Shown here piece after piece: positions 23,754 through 33,739 of a DNA stretch of 64,000 bases; within the stretch, counting starts at the first letter, position 1, and each line of letters opens with the position of its first letter. Below the pieces are notes generated by a model. The model was given only the letters and a program-made list of their open reading frames with translations. It did no database searches and was not told where the DNA came from. The stretch lies in sequence record NC_041917.1, one strand, 5' to 3'. A program made the position numbers and the translations under genes.

Positions 23754-24365
23754 ATGAGTGGATTGACAAACAGAAACAACCTTGTTGATTATTTTCATAG
23801 ACATTTAAGTTCATTTGTGGTAGAATCATCATCACCATCACAAACAGTACTCGTAAAGGGTACTGATTTGAAAATTATCAATAATATTGATGGTACGATT
23901 GAATTCTACAAAAAACTCTCAGGTGAATATGCATATCAATATATGGATGATTCACCTTGGAATCCAAGTAGAAGTACTTACACAAATGTTGCCAACATCG
24001 AAAGATTAGCATTAGTCATGGTTAATACTGATACACATTTCTCAATGGTATCTGCTAGTAATGATGAATGGGCTACTGTTAATAAAAAGGTTCGAGAAGT
24101 TAGAATTAAAGATAGTTTTCAAAGTCATTATGAAGAATATTATGACATTGATACAGTACTCAATATGAAGTACAAAAAATTACCCATCTCTGAAGAAGAA
24201 CACTTTCAACGAACAGCATCTGATGATTTGATATTAGATTTGAAACAATGCTTGAAAGTTAAAGAAATGTGTGATAAGATTAAAGCTGTTGGTGAAGTTG
24301 TTGAAGTTTCACCAGTACTGAAAATTAATTTATTGTTCGAAGAAAATTTACGCAACGGTGCCTGA
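23754..24365 (+). CDS. hypothetical protein (EExxFQ family)
   Basis: EEEHFQRTA. Confidence 0.7.
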   Translation: MSGLTNRNNLVDYFHRHLSSFVVESSSPSQTVLVKGTDLKIINNIDGTIEFYKKLSGEYAYQYMDDSPWNPSRSTYTNVANIERLALVMVNTDTHFSMVSASNDEWATVNKKVREVRIKDSFQSHYEEYYDIDTVLNMKYKKLPISEEEHFQRTASDDLILDLKQCLKVKEMCDKIKAVGEVVEVSPVLKINLLFEENLRNGA

Positions 24366-24429
24366 GATGGCTTAAAGGAGCGGATTGCAAATCCGATGTT
24401 CGGGGGTTCGAATCCCTCCCGTTGCTCCA
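24352..24429 (+). tRNA. tRNA-Cys(GCA)
   Basis: CGGA-TTGCAAA-TCCG, U73, CCA. Confidence 0.9.
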
Positions 24430-24444
24430 TTTAAAGGAAAGATT

Positions 24445-24810
24445 ATGCACCACTTTGCATCGCTTGATGAAATAGCTAGTTTCTTTTATAATAATTACTA
24501 TCAATTCTTTAGATATGATGATAAAACCATTGATTATGGTGGCGTAACATATATGATGGAATTTGCGGAGAGTTCACCAGTACCAGTACTGAAGCTTTCT
24601 TATATTAATCCAGATGATGATACTGAACAAGTACTACTATGTGTAGTAGATTTCGGTTTAGTTATTCATTCGGAAAGAAGTGTTGATAATCGTCCAGATA
24701 TTTTTGAGTACGTTGACATTATCAAAGAAGAATTGTTCGGCTTGAATTTGTTTGACTTAGCTAAGTTTAACACTATATTTGAGCGATATAAAAATGATAT
24801 GGGCTGTTAA
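24445..24810 (+). CDS. hypothetical protein
   Basis: AAGGA RBS. Confidence 0.7.
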   Translation: MHHFASLDEIASFFYNNYYQFFRYDDKTIDYGGVTYMMEFAESSPVPVLKLSYINPDDDTEQVLLCVVDFGLVIHSERSVDNRPDIFEYVDIIKEELFGLNLFDLAKFNTIFERYKNDMGC

Positions 24811-24877
24811 CTCAGTAGGTTAGAGTAGCCGACTCTTAATCGGTTTGTCCAGGGTTCGAATCCCTGACAGCCCACCA
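24801..24877 (+). tRNA. tRNA-Lys(CUU)
   Basis: GCCGA-CTCTTAA-TCGGT, CCA. Confidence 0.95.
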
Positions 24878-24945
24878 GATTTCACTTGACAGTCGTGAAA
24901 TTTCGTGCGATAATAATCGCACATTTTAAGTAAGAGGATTAAAAC

Positions 24946-25149
24946 ATGAATATTTCACGTTTGAATGAAATTCAAGTTGAATTGATGAAAATTCAACATG
25001 AGCTTCAAACCGTTATTCGAGTTGATGATTCAATACAAAAATCAGTAAATTATGCACAGCGTTTTATCGTTGGTGGTATTGCAGACGCACGTAATGAATT
25101 GCAGTACTTAATAAAATCGATAGAAGCAACGGGTAATCATTGTGATTAA
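24946..25149 (+). CDS. hypothetical protein
   Basis: GAGGA RBS; promoter 24886-24914. Confidence 0.7.
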   Translation: MNISRLNEIQVELMKIQHELQTVIRVDDSIQKSVNYAQRFIVGGIADARNELQYLIKSIEATGNHCD

Positions 25150-25161
25150 TTAGTACTCAAA

Positions 25162-25234
25162 GGTCAGTTAGTTCAGTTGGTAGAACGCTTCACTCATAAT
25201 GAAGAAGTCACTGGATCGTAGCCAGTACTGACCA
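25162..25234 (+). tRNA. tRNA-Met/Ile2(CAU), atypical T-loop
   Basis: CTTCA-CTCATAA-TGAAG; T-loop ATCGTAG. Confidence 0.85.
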
Positions 25235-25975
25235 CTAATTATATTTTTCATCCCAAATGCGAATTCTCTCTAAAAGTTCTTCATATGTAATACTAGAAGT
25301 ACTATGCTTTATAGTATTATTAGTTTGAAGCATTATTGAGCAATTAGCAGGATGTTTAAGTATGGATGGATCTACTTTATTGTGGTATCCATCATGAACT
25401 GAATACATATGATCACGAGAAACGCCTTTTGGATTTTTCTTTGGATGAAACATACCATGTTCTTCTAATAAAATTAAATCATATTCATTTGGATAATTTC
25501 TTAAATCATGTGTAAAATTACAAAGACCACGATATTCAGTTATTGTTCTACAGGACGGACATAATTCATGTCTAAAACATCCTAATGAAATTTCCTTAAT
25601 GTTGCATTTAGGACAATTTCTTATATTAACAAATTTACGTGAACGATGTGGAGATATTTTAGTACTACAATCTTCACATAATTTTCGTTTTCTATCGGTT
25701 GTAGTTTTTTCATTTTCACATAGTTGACAAACATAGTTATATGTAGTTGATAAAGATTTTGATATTGATGCAGCTTTTGCTTGTAATTGTTCCTTTGTGC
25801 GATTAGAATTATTATACTTTGCAGCACAAGAACTATTACAAAATTTTTTTGTCGAATGGATTAATTTACTACAAAACAAACATGAGTTTGTTTGACATTT
25901 CTCATAGTGAGATTTAATATTACATGTAGAAATTTCTTCATGGCATTTTAGACAAGAACATTTTTTGTGAATCAT
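25235..25975 (-). CDS. Zn-finger HNH-like homing endonuclease
   Basis: several CxxC pairs; GVSRDHMYS ... HPANC ... NTIKH. Confidence 0.7.
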   Translation of the reverse strand: MIHKKCSCLKCHEEISTCNIKSHYEKCQTNSCLFCSKLIHSTKKFCNSSCAAKYNNSNRTKEQLQAKAASISKSLSTTYNYVCQLCENEKTTTDRKRKLCEDCSTKISPHRSRKFVNIRNCPKCNIKEISLGCFRHELCPSCRTITEYRGLCNFTHDLRNYPNEYDLILLEEHGMFHPKKNPKGVSRDHMYSVHDGYHNKVDPSILKHPANCSIMLQTNNTIKHSTSSITYEELLERIRIWDEKYN

Positions 25976-26098
25976 ATTTTTCTCCTTTTTATATTTATAA
26001 AAAGATTCAAGATTTAGGTTCGAAATCGGTATCTATAAAAAATGAAAAAAATTTGAAACGGTAGGAAAAAATGTGGTATAATATACACATAAAGAAAT

Positions 26099-26173
26099 TG
26101 CGGAGTAGAGCAGTGGTAGCTTGCAAGGCTCATAACCTTGAGGTCGTGTTTGGTTCGAATCCCACCTCCGCAT
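26099..26173 (+). tRNA. initiator-like tRNA-Met(CAU) with a 3-nt T-stem bulge
   Basis: CAAGG-CTCATAA-CCTTG; GTG-TTT-GG-TTCGAAT-CCCAC. Confidence 0.7.
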
Positions 26174-26191
26174 CTAAGTAGTAATATGTTT

Positions 26192-26264
26192 GGGGATATA
26201 GCTCAGTTGGGAGAGCATCTGCCTTGCACGTAGAAGGTCATCGGTTCGACCCCGATTATCTCCA
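26192..26264 (+). tRNA. tRNA-Ala(UGC)
   Basis: TCTGC-CTTGCAC-GTAGA; G3:U70. Confidence 0.95.
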
Positions 26265-26462
26265 CAGACAATATACTTATCGTCTAATATTCAGTTTGCG
26301 TATTGTCCAAATAAGGGATACAATAGCTGGACAGGATACTGATTCGCTCGCAGGAGGTTTCGGGGATACAAGTGAAATTCTTGTTGAGTATACCAATTTT
26401 AAGTAACACCATAGTAAAAAAGTAACTAAGAGTCCTAAACAAATAACTAATGAGGTATTATC

Positions 26463-27167
26463 ATGCAAGTACAATTCCAAACCGTTCTATTTGATTCTGA
26501 AGATTATCGTTTCGCAGTAGTAGTTGAAGAAACCCTAGTGATTGTAACCTCAAAAGGTGAAATCGAGCTAGAGTTCGATTCTGAAGCGGAAGCACTAGCA
26601 GGTCAGCTAGAACTCGGTGAAGTACTAGATGCTGCTAAAGGTTCTAACATCGCTTCTGTAATTCAGGACGCTGCTGAAACTGTTTCTGGTCTAGTTTCTG
26701 GTCTATTCGGCAAAACTGGTTTCGGTTCAGTTAAATCTAAAGTAGCTGGTAAAGCTGCTAAAGCAACCGCTGGTATTGATGAGCGTGTAAATGAGTTCCT
26801 ACGTCAACTTGACGAAGCGATCAAAGGTGCAGAACAAGCTGTTCCAGCTCGTGCAGATACCCGCCGTGCTTCCACCGCTGAAGCAGAAGATGTATTCGGT
26901 ACTTCTCGCACACGTCGTGTAGTAGATGCTGATGCAGTAGTAAGTACTCTATCTGATGCTGATCTACAAGCAGTTATCAGTACTAAAGCAGACCAACTAA
27001 TTGCTACTAACCGTCAGGTTCAGGGTCTAGTTGCAAATCTACGCCGCTTCCATAGCGAAGAAGAAGTACAAGAAGCTATCGATGCACACAAAGAAATGGT
27101 ATTCAACGTTGCTCGTGCGAACGATGAACTAACCGTTAACGAAGTGTTCAATCACCTTCTACGTTAA
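26463..27167 (+). CDS. probable abundant protein, unknown function
   Basis: GAGG RBS, strongly biased codons, own terminator. Confidence 0.85.
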   Translation: MQVQFQTVLFDSEDYRFAVVVEETLVIVTSKGEIELEFDSEAEALAGQLELGEVLDAAKGSNIASVIQDAAETVSGLVSGLFGKTGFGSVKSKVAGKAAKATAGIDERVNEFLRQLDEAIKGAEQAVPARADTRRASTAEAEDVFGTSRTRRVVDADAVVSTLSDADLQAVISTKADQLIATNRQVQGLVANLRRFHSEEEVQEAIDAHKEMVFNVARANDELTVNEVFNHLLR

Positions 27168-27216
27168 TATCCAAAATTAAGGCAGCCATTGGCTGCCTTT
27201 TGTCATTTGAGGTTAT

Positions 27217-27756
27217 ATGAAAATAACAGAGCAGTACCGAACACTAGGTGTTCAAAATTTCTATTCATGTCCTTCTATCCAGAAAACATATCAAAACCCA
27301 CACGGTCAATTCATCATCGAATGCCTGAATAACTCATTCTATCAATACTTCACAGAAAACGCCTCAGTACTCGATCTAGGCTCAGGAAATGGCCTTATCA
27401 GTCATGCTCTCAAAACATGTGGAGTCCACAACATTGAAGGTTCAGACAAATACATGTATGAACGTTATACAGAAGAAACGGGTTTTAAATGCTATCCATA
27501 TTCATTCGAAGACATTTCCGATTTTAATTGTACGTTTGAAAAAGAATATGATGTTATCATATGTAGCTATGCATTTGATCTTGTTCCTGAATCATATCGG
27601 CAAAAACTGTTATATGCATTAAGTACTTATACCGAAACACTAATACTAATAAGACCTAACTCACATGAGTTGATTTCTGATATATGGAAATTAGAGTATA
27701 AAAACAGAACGGGAAAATCTAGAGTTACGATGTATCAAAAAGAAAGGCACTCATAA
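27217..27756 (+). CDS. class I SAM-dependent methyltransferase
   Basis: VLDLGSGNG motif I; YDVIICSY. Confidence 0.8.
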   Translation: MKITEQYRTLGVQNFYSCPSIQKTYQNPHGQFIIECLNNSFYQYFTENASVLDLGSGNGLISHALKTCGVHNIEGSDKYMYERYTEETGFKCYPYSFEDISDFNCTFEKEYDVIICSYAFDLVPESYRQKLLYALSTYTETLILIRPNSHELISDIWKLEYKNRTGKSRVTMYQKERHS

Positions 27757-27770
27757 GAGTGCCTTTTTTT
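27743..27770. terminator. bidirectional terminator
   Basis: AAAGGCACTC-ATAA-GAGTGCCTTTTTTT between convergent genes. Confidence 0.75.
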
Positions 27771-28902
27771 ATGCCTTACCAGCGATAACAACTTTACCAG
27801 CAAAATCTTCATTGCTATATAATGTAATATTATCTGAACTATCTACTTCTATTGTTATTGAAACCATTTCAGAACCATCATATACTGAAACGGATGGATT
27901 TGATTTATCATGTATGCTAAATGGTATTTCCATTTTATATGAAAAACCATCCTCAGACCACACTAAACTAGTACTGAATACTGATAATTGATCCGTTGGG
28001 CCAATTATAACAATATCCATATCCTCTGCAACTAATTGAGTTACTGAAATGTCACCAGTACTGTTTACATGTACTTCAGGATTATATACTACCCCATTTG
28101 GATTTTGAATTTGAACTACCAAATCAGCACCACGATTATGTACACTTTCAGGTAATGTATATGTAAATGTTCCATCACCATTATCTACAAATTGTGCAGA
28201 TGCTACAGGTATATTAGTTACAAAATCAGTATCAGTTCCAGATGGTAAAACATCAAAAGGTACTGTTGCAGTATTATAATGTGGTGATGTTATTACAATA
28301 GTACCTACACCAGTATTTTCAAATACGACATTATCGAATGTGAATACTCTGTTAACTACATTAGTAGTATATATTAAACCTTCTGGTGTAGTTAATGTAA
28401 CGATCATTCCATCTTCATTTAATGCACCACTAATTGCACTTACCGATCCAGTTACTGTAGTACTATCAACAGTAACAGTATTAACGATAATAGTTCCTAA
28501 GTCTGGAATTGGTATGTCACATTCAGGGGTATACATATCATAAAGATATGTTCCATCACTCAAAACAACTTTATTAGATAAAAACCGGATTACAAATCCT
28601 TGTTCAGATAAAGAATCGTTGTAGCCACGAACAAAAAAAGAATTTTTTGGAATCATATCCAATAAATTATCATCCGATAAACTATAATCGAGTACTCTAT
28701 TACTTGTGTTATAACCAGTTAATTGTACTTTTTGATACACCATATTAGATACGGGATCAATCAAGTCGAACATATGAATAGATCTTTGCTTATATATTCG
28801 CATATTTTTTAGCTTAGTCCCATCCTTTAATAATGCTCCACTCACAATAAATCCACATACTCCGTATGGATAATCATTTATGCCAGCAATAGGTTTAGCC
28901 AT
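27769..28902 (-). CDS. beta-rich protein, possibly structural (Ig-like/repeat C-terminus)
   Basis: GGAGG RBS; Thr/Val/Asp-rich with repeated segments. Confidence 0.6.
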   Translation of the reverse strand: MAKPIAGINDYPYGVCGFIVSGALLKDGTKLKNMRIYKQRSIHMFDLIDPVSNMVYQKVQLTGYNTSNRVLDYSLSDDNLLDMIPKNSFFVRGYNDSLSEQGFVIRFLSNKVVLSDGTYLYDMYTPECDIPIPDLGTIIVNTVTVDSTTVTGSVSAISGALNEDGMIVTLTTPEGLIYTTNVVNRVFTFDNVVFENTGVGTIVITSPHYNTATVPFDVLPSGTDTDFVTNIPVASAQFVDNGDGTFTYTLPESVHNRGADLVVQIQNPNGVVYNPEVHVNSTGDISVTQLVAEDMDIVIIGPTDQLSVFSTSLVWSEDGFSYKMEIPFSIHDKSNPSVSVYDGSEMVSITIEVDSSDNITLYSNEDFAGKVVIAGKA

Positions 28903-29077
28903 ATGTACCCTCCTAGTTATTATCCTGTATTTATTTGATACGGTATGATTTTCCTTGACTTTTCCAACTCATTGTAGTATAATGTTTTTGTAATGAGAAA
29001 CCCTATTGACAGTGATTAATGGGGTTGACATACCATTCATTTAATGTATAATGAATGAAAATTAATTGAGGTGATGT

Positions 29078-29656
29078 ATGACACGTTTAATTATCCGTGA
29101 AGAAAAAATGAAAATCCGATTGCATCAAGATGAAGCTGAGTCATTTATGGCTAAAGCTGCTGCGAAAGCAGAGAAGTACACCAAGCTTGCACCGGATGGA
29201 AAATCACCATATGGTTTCAATCATGCACACTCGCATCTTGTAGGAATGGCTGCTGAACATGCATCATGGGTGCTTTTTACTGAAATTGAAGAAATGTTAG
29301 GAATTGATTTAAAGATTGATCCTGCCTTTCAAGATGAACGCCGTGAAGGAGAATGTGACCTTTATGTAGGTGGCAAACGTATTGAAGTAAAAGGTATTAA
29401 GTACGGTTCATGGTTGCGATTTGGTCCATGTGTAAGTGCTCGTCAACTTCCAAAAATAAAAAAGAAAGCTGACATTGTACTGTGGGCGTTGTATAATGAA
29501 CGTTGTCAGGAATTTACATTTGAAGGATACAACTTAGTATCTGAAATTGAAACTATTCCTACTATCATGACTGGTGCTGAAGGTCGTGAAAAGATTGAAA
29601 ACTATCCAGTACTAAGCATTATTAAACCACTACAGGAGCTTACATTTGATGGTTAG
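29078..29656 (+). CDS. PD-(D/E)XK nuclease-like protein
   Basis: ECDLYVGGKRIEVKG. Confidence 0.5.
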   Translation: MTRLIIREEKMKIRLHQDEAESFMAKAAAKAEKYTKLAPDGKSPYGFNHAHSHLVGMAAEHASWVLFTEIEEMLGIDLKIDPAFQDERREGECDLYVGGKRIEVKGIKYGSWLRFGPCVSARQLPKIKKKADIVLWALYNERCQEFTFEGYNLVSEIETIPTIMTGAEGREKIENYPVLSIIKPLQELTFDG

Positions 29657-29843
29657 GGTAACAGTTATTAATAAAAATGACCTATCACGAAAGGATTACA
29701 CGTTTCTAGTATTACCCCGTAAAGACGAATGGGTAGTACTAGATAGTGGAGACTTATTTTCCGTGCATAGTATTGTACATCTATGTTCAGGGGATTCAGA
29801 ATATAATCCTCCACGAACTGAAATTTATGTAATTCCAGAATAA
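29646..29843 (+). CDS. hypothetical protein
   Basis: AGGAG RBS. Confidence 0.65.
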   Translation: MMVRVTVINKNDLSRKDYTFLVLPRKDEWVVLDSGDLFSVHSIVHLCSGDSEYNPPRTEIYVIPE

Positions 29844-29849
29844 GGTAAA

Positions 29850-30167
29850 TTGAAAATGAAAAGTATTGGTATTTTGTTTCTTGTATTAGTGTGTACATTT
29901 CTTTACAAAACCGCACATGCAAGTACTGTACCAGTTTATCATAGTGCGTATTGTTCAGGATACGCATCTAAGATGGCAGCGACATATCGTATGCAGTACT
30001 ATTACAAAATGCAAAAGTTTTATGATAGTCAAGTTAGTTCTACAATTGAACATGATGGTCTACTCAATGAGTACTATCAAAGTGGTTCAGAAGCAGTGAA
30101 AGATAATGTATCTATTTCTCATAACTTAAATGATAAGTGTGAGGAACAATTTAAAAGGAATAAATGA
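29850..30167 (+). CDS. putative secreted protein
   Basis: signal peptide ending AHA. Confidence 0.65.
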   Translation: MKMKSIGILFLVLVCTFLYKTAHASTVPVYHSAYCSGYASKMAATYRMQYYYKMQKFYDSQVSSTIEHDGLLNEYYQSGSEAVKDNVSISHNLNDKCEEQFKRNK

Positions 30168-30649
30168 TGTGGCAAGTAATAGTATTTTTTATTTTGTTCC
30201 AAATCTTCTATTCTATAGCTAATAATGCATTTGTGTTTCGTTCAATATATGCATTCAAATTGGCTCAGAAATTAGGTTGGAAGTCGTTTTTTAAATTCTA
30301 TTTCGAATCGTACCTAGTTTATGGTGATGCAATAAATGCATTCGAACACTTCTTACCAGAAGTAAATGATAGGTTGGAAAAGTTGTTAGCACTAGCATTA
30401 AATGGTGAAGCACAGGCAACAATCTCATGGGATCGTTGGGGTGAACAGAATTACTTGAACATCCAAGCACCACGGAATTTTGATACTAATAGTAGTTCAA
30501 TTTCATTCTATTATTTGGTTGGAAAAATTAATAGTAATGAAAAATACCTACTATCACCAAGCGTATTTTTCATTGCTAATAAATTGATCAAGAAGTTGGA
30601 AGACAAAAAGGCTCAAGAAAAGTTAGATAGTCAAAAACGTACCATTTAA
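30164..30649 (+). CDS. membrane-anchored protein
   Basis: N-terminal TM. Confidence 0.7.
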   Translation: MMWQVIVFFILFQIFYSIANNAFVFRSIYAFKLAQKLGWKSFFKFYFESYLVYGDAINAFEHFLPEVNDRLEKLLALALNGEAQATISWDRWGEQNYLNIQAPRNFDTNSSSISFYYLVGKINSNEKYLLSPSVFFIANKLIKKLEDKKAQEKLDSQKRTI

Positions 30650-30710
30650 CTTGACTTGTAAAAATGATAGTGTATAATACTTGTATATTAACAAATGTGA
30701 GGGTTCCATT

Positions 30711-31211
30711 ATGTCAGCAGTACTAGCAACCAATATGACCAACAATATGTCAAACCGTGCAGGTTACCTCACCTTCAATGAAATTATGGATGAAAATTTG
30801 ATGTACTATACATTCAAAGATTGTATTAAGTACAATAAAGAAGGATTCCACAGTTGGATCTGTTATTGGGAAGGTTCACCAATTGCAGTACAATGTACAG
30901 TTAAAGCATCAGTACTTGCAAATGGTTTTACAAAGGTCGCAATTCTATCGAAAGAATTGAAAACTATTGATGAAATTGGTATGTATCCAGCTAAGCAGCA
31001 TCATTGCTTAGGCCACGTAATTAATGGTCGCTTCTTAAATGAAAAAGGTGTACAAAGCTTTGTAACTAAATCAATGGTGGATGGTCTACCAGTTGAAGTT
31101 GCACAGTCAAATACAGTGCTAAAATCCTCTGACAAGAAAGTTCTATCAGCATCTGAGGTAGATCATTTCAAAAAAGTTATGGCAGAAAATTGGGGCTGTA
31201 CATTCAAATAA
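30711..31211 (+). CDS. hypothetical protein
   Basis: GAGG RBS; promoter at 30651. Confidence 0.75.
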   Translation: MSAVLATNMTNNMSNRAGYLTFNEIMDENLMYYTFKDCIKYNKEGFHSWICYWEGSPIAVQCTVKASVLANGFTKVAILSKELKTIDEIGMYPAKQHHCLGHVINGRFLNEKGVQSFVTKSMVDGLPVEVAQSNTVLKSSDKKVLSASEVDHFKKVMAENWGCTFK

Positions 31212-31250
31212 TTTGGTTGGGGCGAAAGCCCCATATTTAAATGGTGACAT

Positions 31251-31697
31251 ATGAAAAAGTCTACAATCTTTACTATAGTGTTCTTACTATTCACAATTGA
31301 AGTAGCAATGAGTTTCGCTCAACTAAACAAAACATATCATTTTTATGCATATACAATTCAATCCAAGTATGTAGTACTATCTGTTATTTCATACTTGTTG
31401 TTCACAGCATTCTCAGGATTATACTTCATGAATATGCCTGATGGACAGAATGCTGAACGAACACATTATCTTGAAGTTTATGGTCCAAAGAAGTTTAACC
31501 TCCTTTATACCTATCACTTCATTATATTCACCGTAATAATGTTCCATGTTGGGAATTGGCCTTGGACTATTATGGGTATCCTACTCTTTATGATATGGAA
31601 CTGGATACGAGTTAAGCAGAATAACTATGTTACGGCAGCTAACTTAGAACAACTCAAAGAAGCTGCAAAGCAAAAACCAACAGTTACATTAGAATGA
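31251..31697 (+). CDS. multi-pass membrane protein
   Basis: 4 hydrophobic segments. Confidence 0.75.
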   Translation: MKKSTIFTIVFLLFTIEVAMSFAQLNKTYHFYAYTIQSKYVVLSVISYLLFTAFSGLYFMNMPDGQNAERTHYLEVYGPKKFNLLYTYHFIIFTVIMFHVGNWPWTIMGILLFMIWNWIRVKQNNYVTAANLEQLKEAAKQKPTVTLE

Positions 31698-31707
31698 GGA
31701 TATAATT

Positions 31708-32136
31708 ATGTTTTCGAATATTGTATCTAAATCATTAGCAGTGATATATCTTTTTTTAGGAGTATCATTGTATGGAGAATTTGTTGAAATGTTTCAATGG
31801 AATACTTATCTAGCAAGCCAATGGTTTATTGTAACTAATGTATTCATGGCTCTAGTAGTGTTCTGTTCATTTTGTTCAATAATCGCATTGGGTATGGTAT
31901 ATTGTGAAATTGATGCAGAGGCTAAACGTTTTAAAGTACAAATGTACACACTACTATCAGACAACCTATACAGTTCATTTTGGTATATATTACCATTTAT
32001 CATAACTGTAGTATGTTTCCAATTAGCTATGTATCTATTCGCTGGTGGATTTTTGATCATTGGTCTGTGTGTACTAGCATTCTATTTGTTACATAAAAAC
32101 ATTATCAAAAAAGCCACAATTACCGCATTAAAATAA
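31708..32136 (+). CDS. multi-pass membrane protein
   Basis: 4 hydrophobic segments. Confidence 0.75.
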   Translation: MFSNIVSKSLAVIYLFLGVSLYGEFVEMFQWNTYLASQWFIVTNVFMALVVFCSFCSIIALGMVYCEIDAEAKRFKVQMYTLLSDNLYSSFWYILPFIITVVCFQLAMYLFAGGFLIIGLCVLAFYLLHKNIIKKATITALK

Positions 32137-32209
32137 TGAAATACCAGTTGACATGACCGCTGTCAACTGGTATAGTACTTGTATATTAAATGAGATGAGA
32201 GGCCACAAA

Positions 32210-32458
32210 ATGGAAATCCAACACCTTGTTAACACAGTAAAAGAGAATGAAATTAAAATCGAAGAACTTCGTCAGTCTATTAAAGATCTGTACGAGGATA
32301 ACAGTATTCGTTTTTCTGAATATAAAAATACTGTCACTCCTGAAATTCAGGAAAACTATAAAAAAATTGATAGTACTTTTACTGCTAAAGCTAAACTTGA
32401 AGCAGAAGTTCGTAGTTTGCAGAAACAAATTCTATCTGTCGTGTTGGGAGAACAATAA
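32210..32458 (+). CDS. coiled-coil protein
   Basis: GAGG RBS. Confidence 0.7.
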   Translation: MEIQHLVNTVKENEIKIEELRQSIKDLYEDNSIRFSEYKNTVTPEIQENYKKIDSTFTAKAKLEAEVRSLQKQILSVVLGEQ

Positions 32459-33081
32459 TGGCTAAGTATAGTGCTGCTAAAATTGAAGTTGCTCGTAAGT
32501 TAAGTACTAGTAAGTATCGTTATTATAGTATCTTTCCAACAGCATTATCACAATTAGATCATATCTTTTTTGTGATCGGCAATGGTATTGGTTTCGACCC
32601 CAAAGATGGAGTGTACTTCGAAAATCTTAGTATCGAGGATGCCAAAAAAGAAAGGGCAAATCGTATTATTCGTTGCCATGAACGCATGAAAGAAATGCGT
32701 GATATTTTCGGTGAAGGTGGTTCCCGTTTTGATGAAATTTATCAAGAAGAAATCCAAGAACTGGAAAAAGATTTTGAACCAATGCCAGCCAGTTATTATT
32801 TTGATGCTGATGCAATGGCAGCAGAACAAATTGTACATAATGAAACAGCAAAACATAAAGGACAACCATATCCTGTTTGTGGTTACTCCATCATTATGCA
32901 TGTTCAACCAGATACAAACAAAACAACGTTAGCATTGGCATTAGCCTGTACTAAAGGTTGGTTGAAAGTAGTTCAACATGAACTTACTTCTGAACAGAAT
33001 GACGAACAGAAAGCAGTACTTGAAAAATGGATTGCTTTCTTTAATGAAACAATTGAACGTTTGGAGAATAAAAATGCTTAA
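32458..33081 (+). CDS. hypothetical protein
   Basis: coupled ORF. Confidence 0.75.
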   Translation: MAKYSAAKIEVARKLSTSKYRYYSIFPTALSQLDHIFFVIGNGIGFDPKDGVYFENLSIEDAKKERANRIIRCHERMKEMRDIFGEGGSRFDEIYQEEIQELEKDFEPMPASYYFDADAMAAEQIVHNETAKHKGQPYPVCGYSIIMHVQPDTNKTTLALALACTKGWLKVVQHELTSEQNDEQKAVLEKWIAFFNETIERLENKNA

Positions 33082-33195
33082 ACCATTAATCCTGTTAATT
33101 GTAGTACTGGCAGTCGGTATTGGTATCGGCTATAAAATTGGTCAAAAATCACCATCAGTTGGTGACTGTGTAAATTCTATTATTGGGAGCAACTA

Positions 33196-33675
33196 ATGAA
33201 CATTAGTACTAATTCGTGGCATTACAAAATGAATGAGTTTGTGTATGAGTTCTTGAACAAGAACGTAGCAACCTCACTCTGTGGTTATTTCTGGCAGACT
33301 GTGTTTGCTCCGATCATTACTCTAACGTTAGCTATTGTTGGATTGATTGTCATTTCCATTCTAAGTTGGGGTGCGTTATATCTAGTAGGTGCACTATTCT
33401 CTAACTTCTTAGTATGGATCAATGTTCTACCTGAATCGTTCCAACTTGTGAAAAACGTATTCAACTGGCGGTTCATTCCAATGTCAATCCTTTTTGACGT
33501 GTTAGTGATTGCAGTGTTCTATGGTAAGTACAAATACTCATCTTACAAAGAACGTAAAATTGAAGAAGCTAAAGAAAAAGGTGCTCCGATTGATTCAAAA
33601 CCACTATTGGTTATTGAGTATATCAAAGCTAAAAAACGTAAAATCTGCCCATTGATCAATTTCACTGACGATTAA
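33196..33675 (+). CDS. membrane protein
   Basis: TM segments. Confidence 0.75.
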   Translation: MNISTNSWHYKMNEFVYEFLNKNVATSLCGYFWQTVFAPIITLTLAIVGLIVISILSWGALYLVGALFSNFLVWINVLPESFQLVKNVFNWRFIPMSILFDVLVIAVFYGKYKYSSYKERKIEEAKEKGAPIDSKPLLVIEYIKAKKRKICPLINFTDD

Positions 33676-33739
33676 TTGTAGTATAGTGCCAGTTAAATCT
33701 GGCACATTTTAAGTTAGTTCAATACAACAGGGGGTCATT

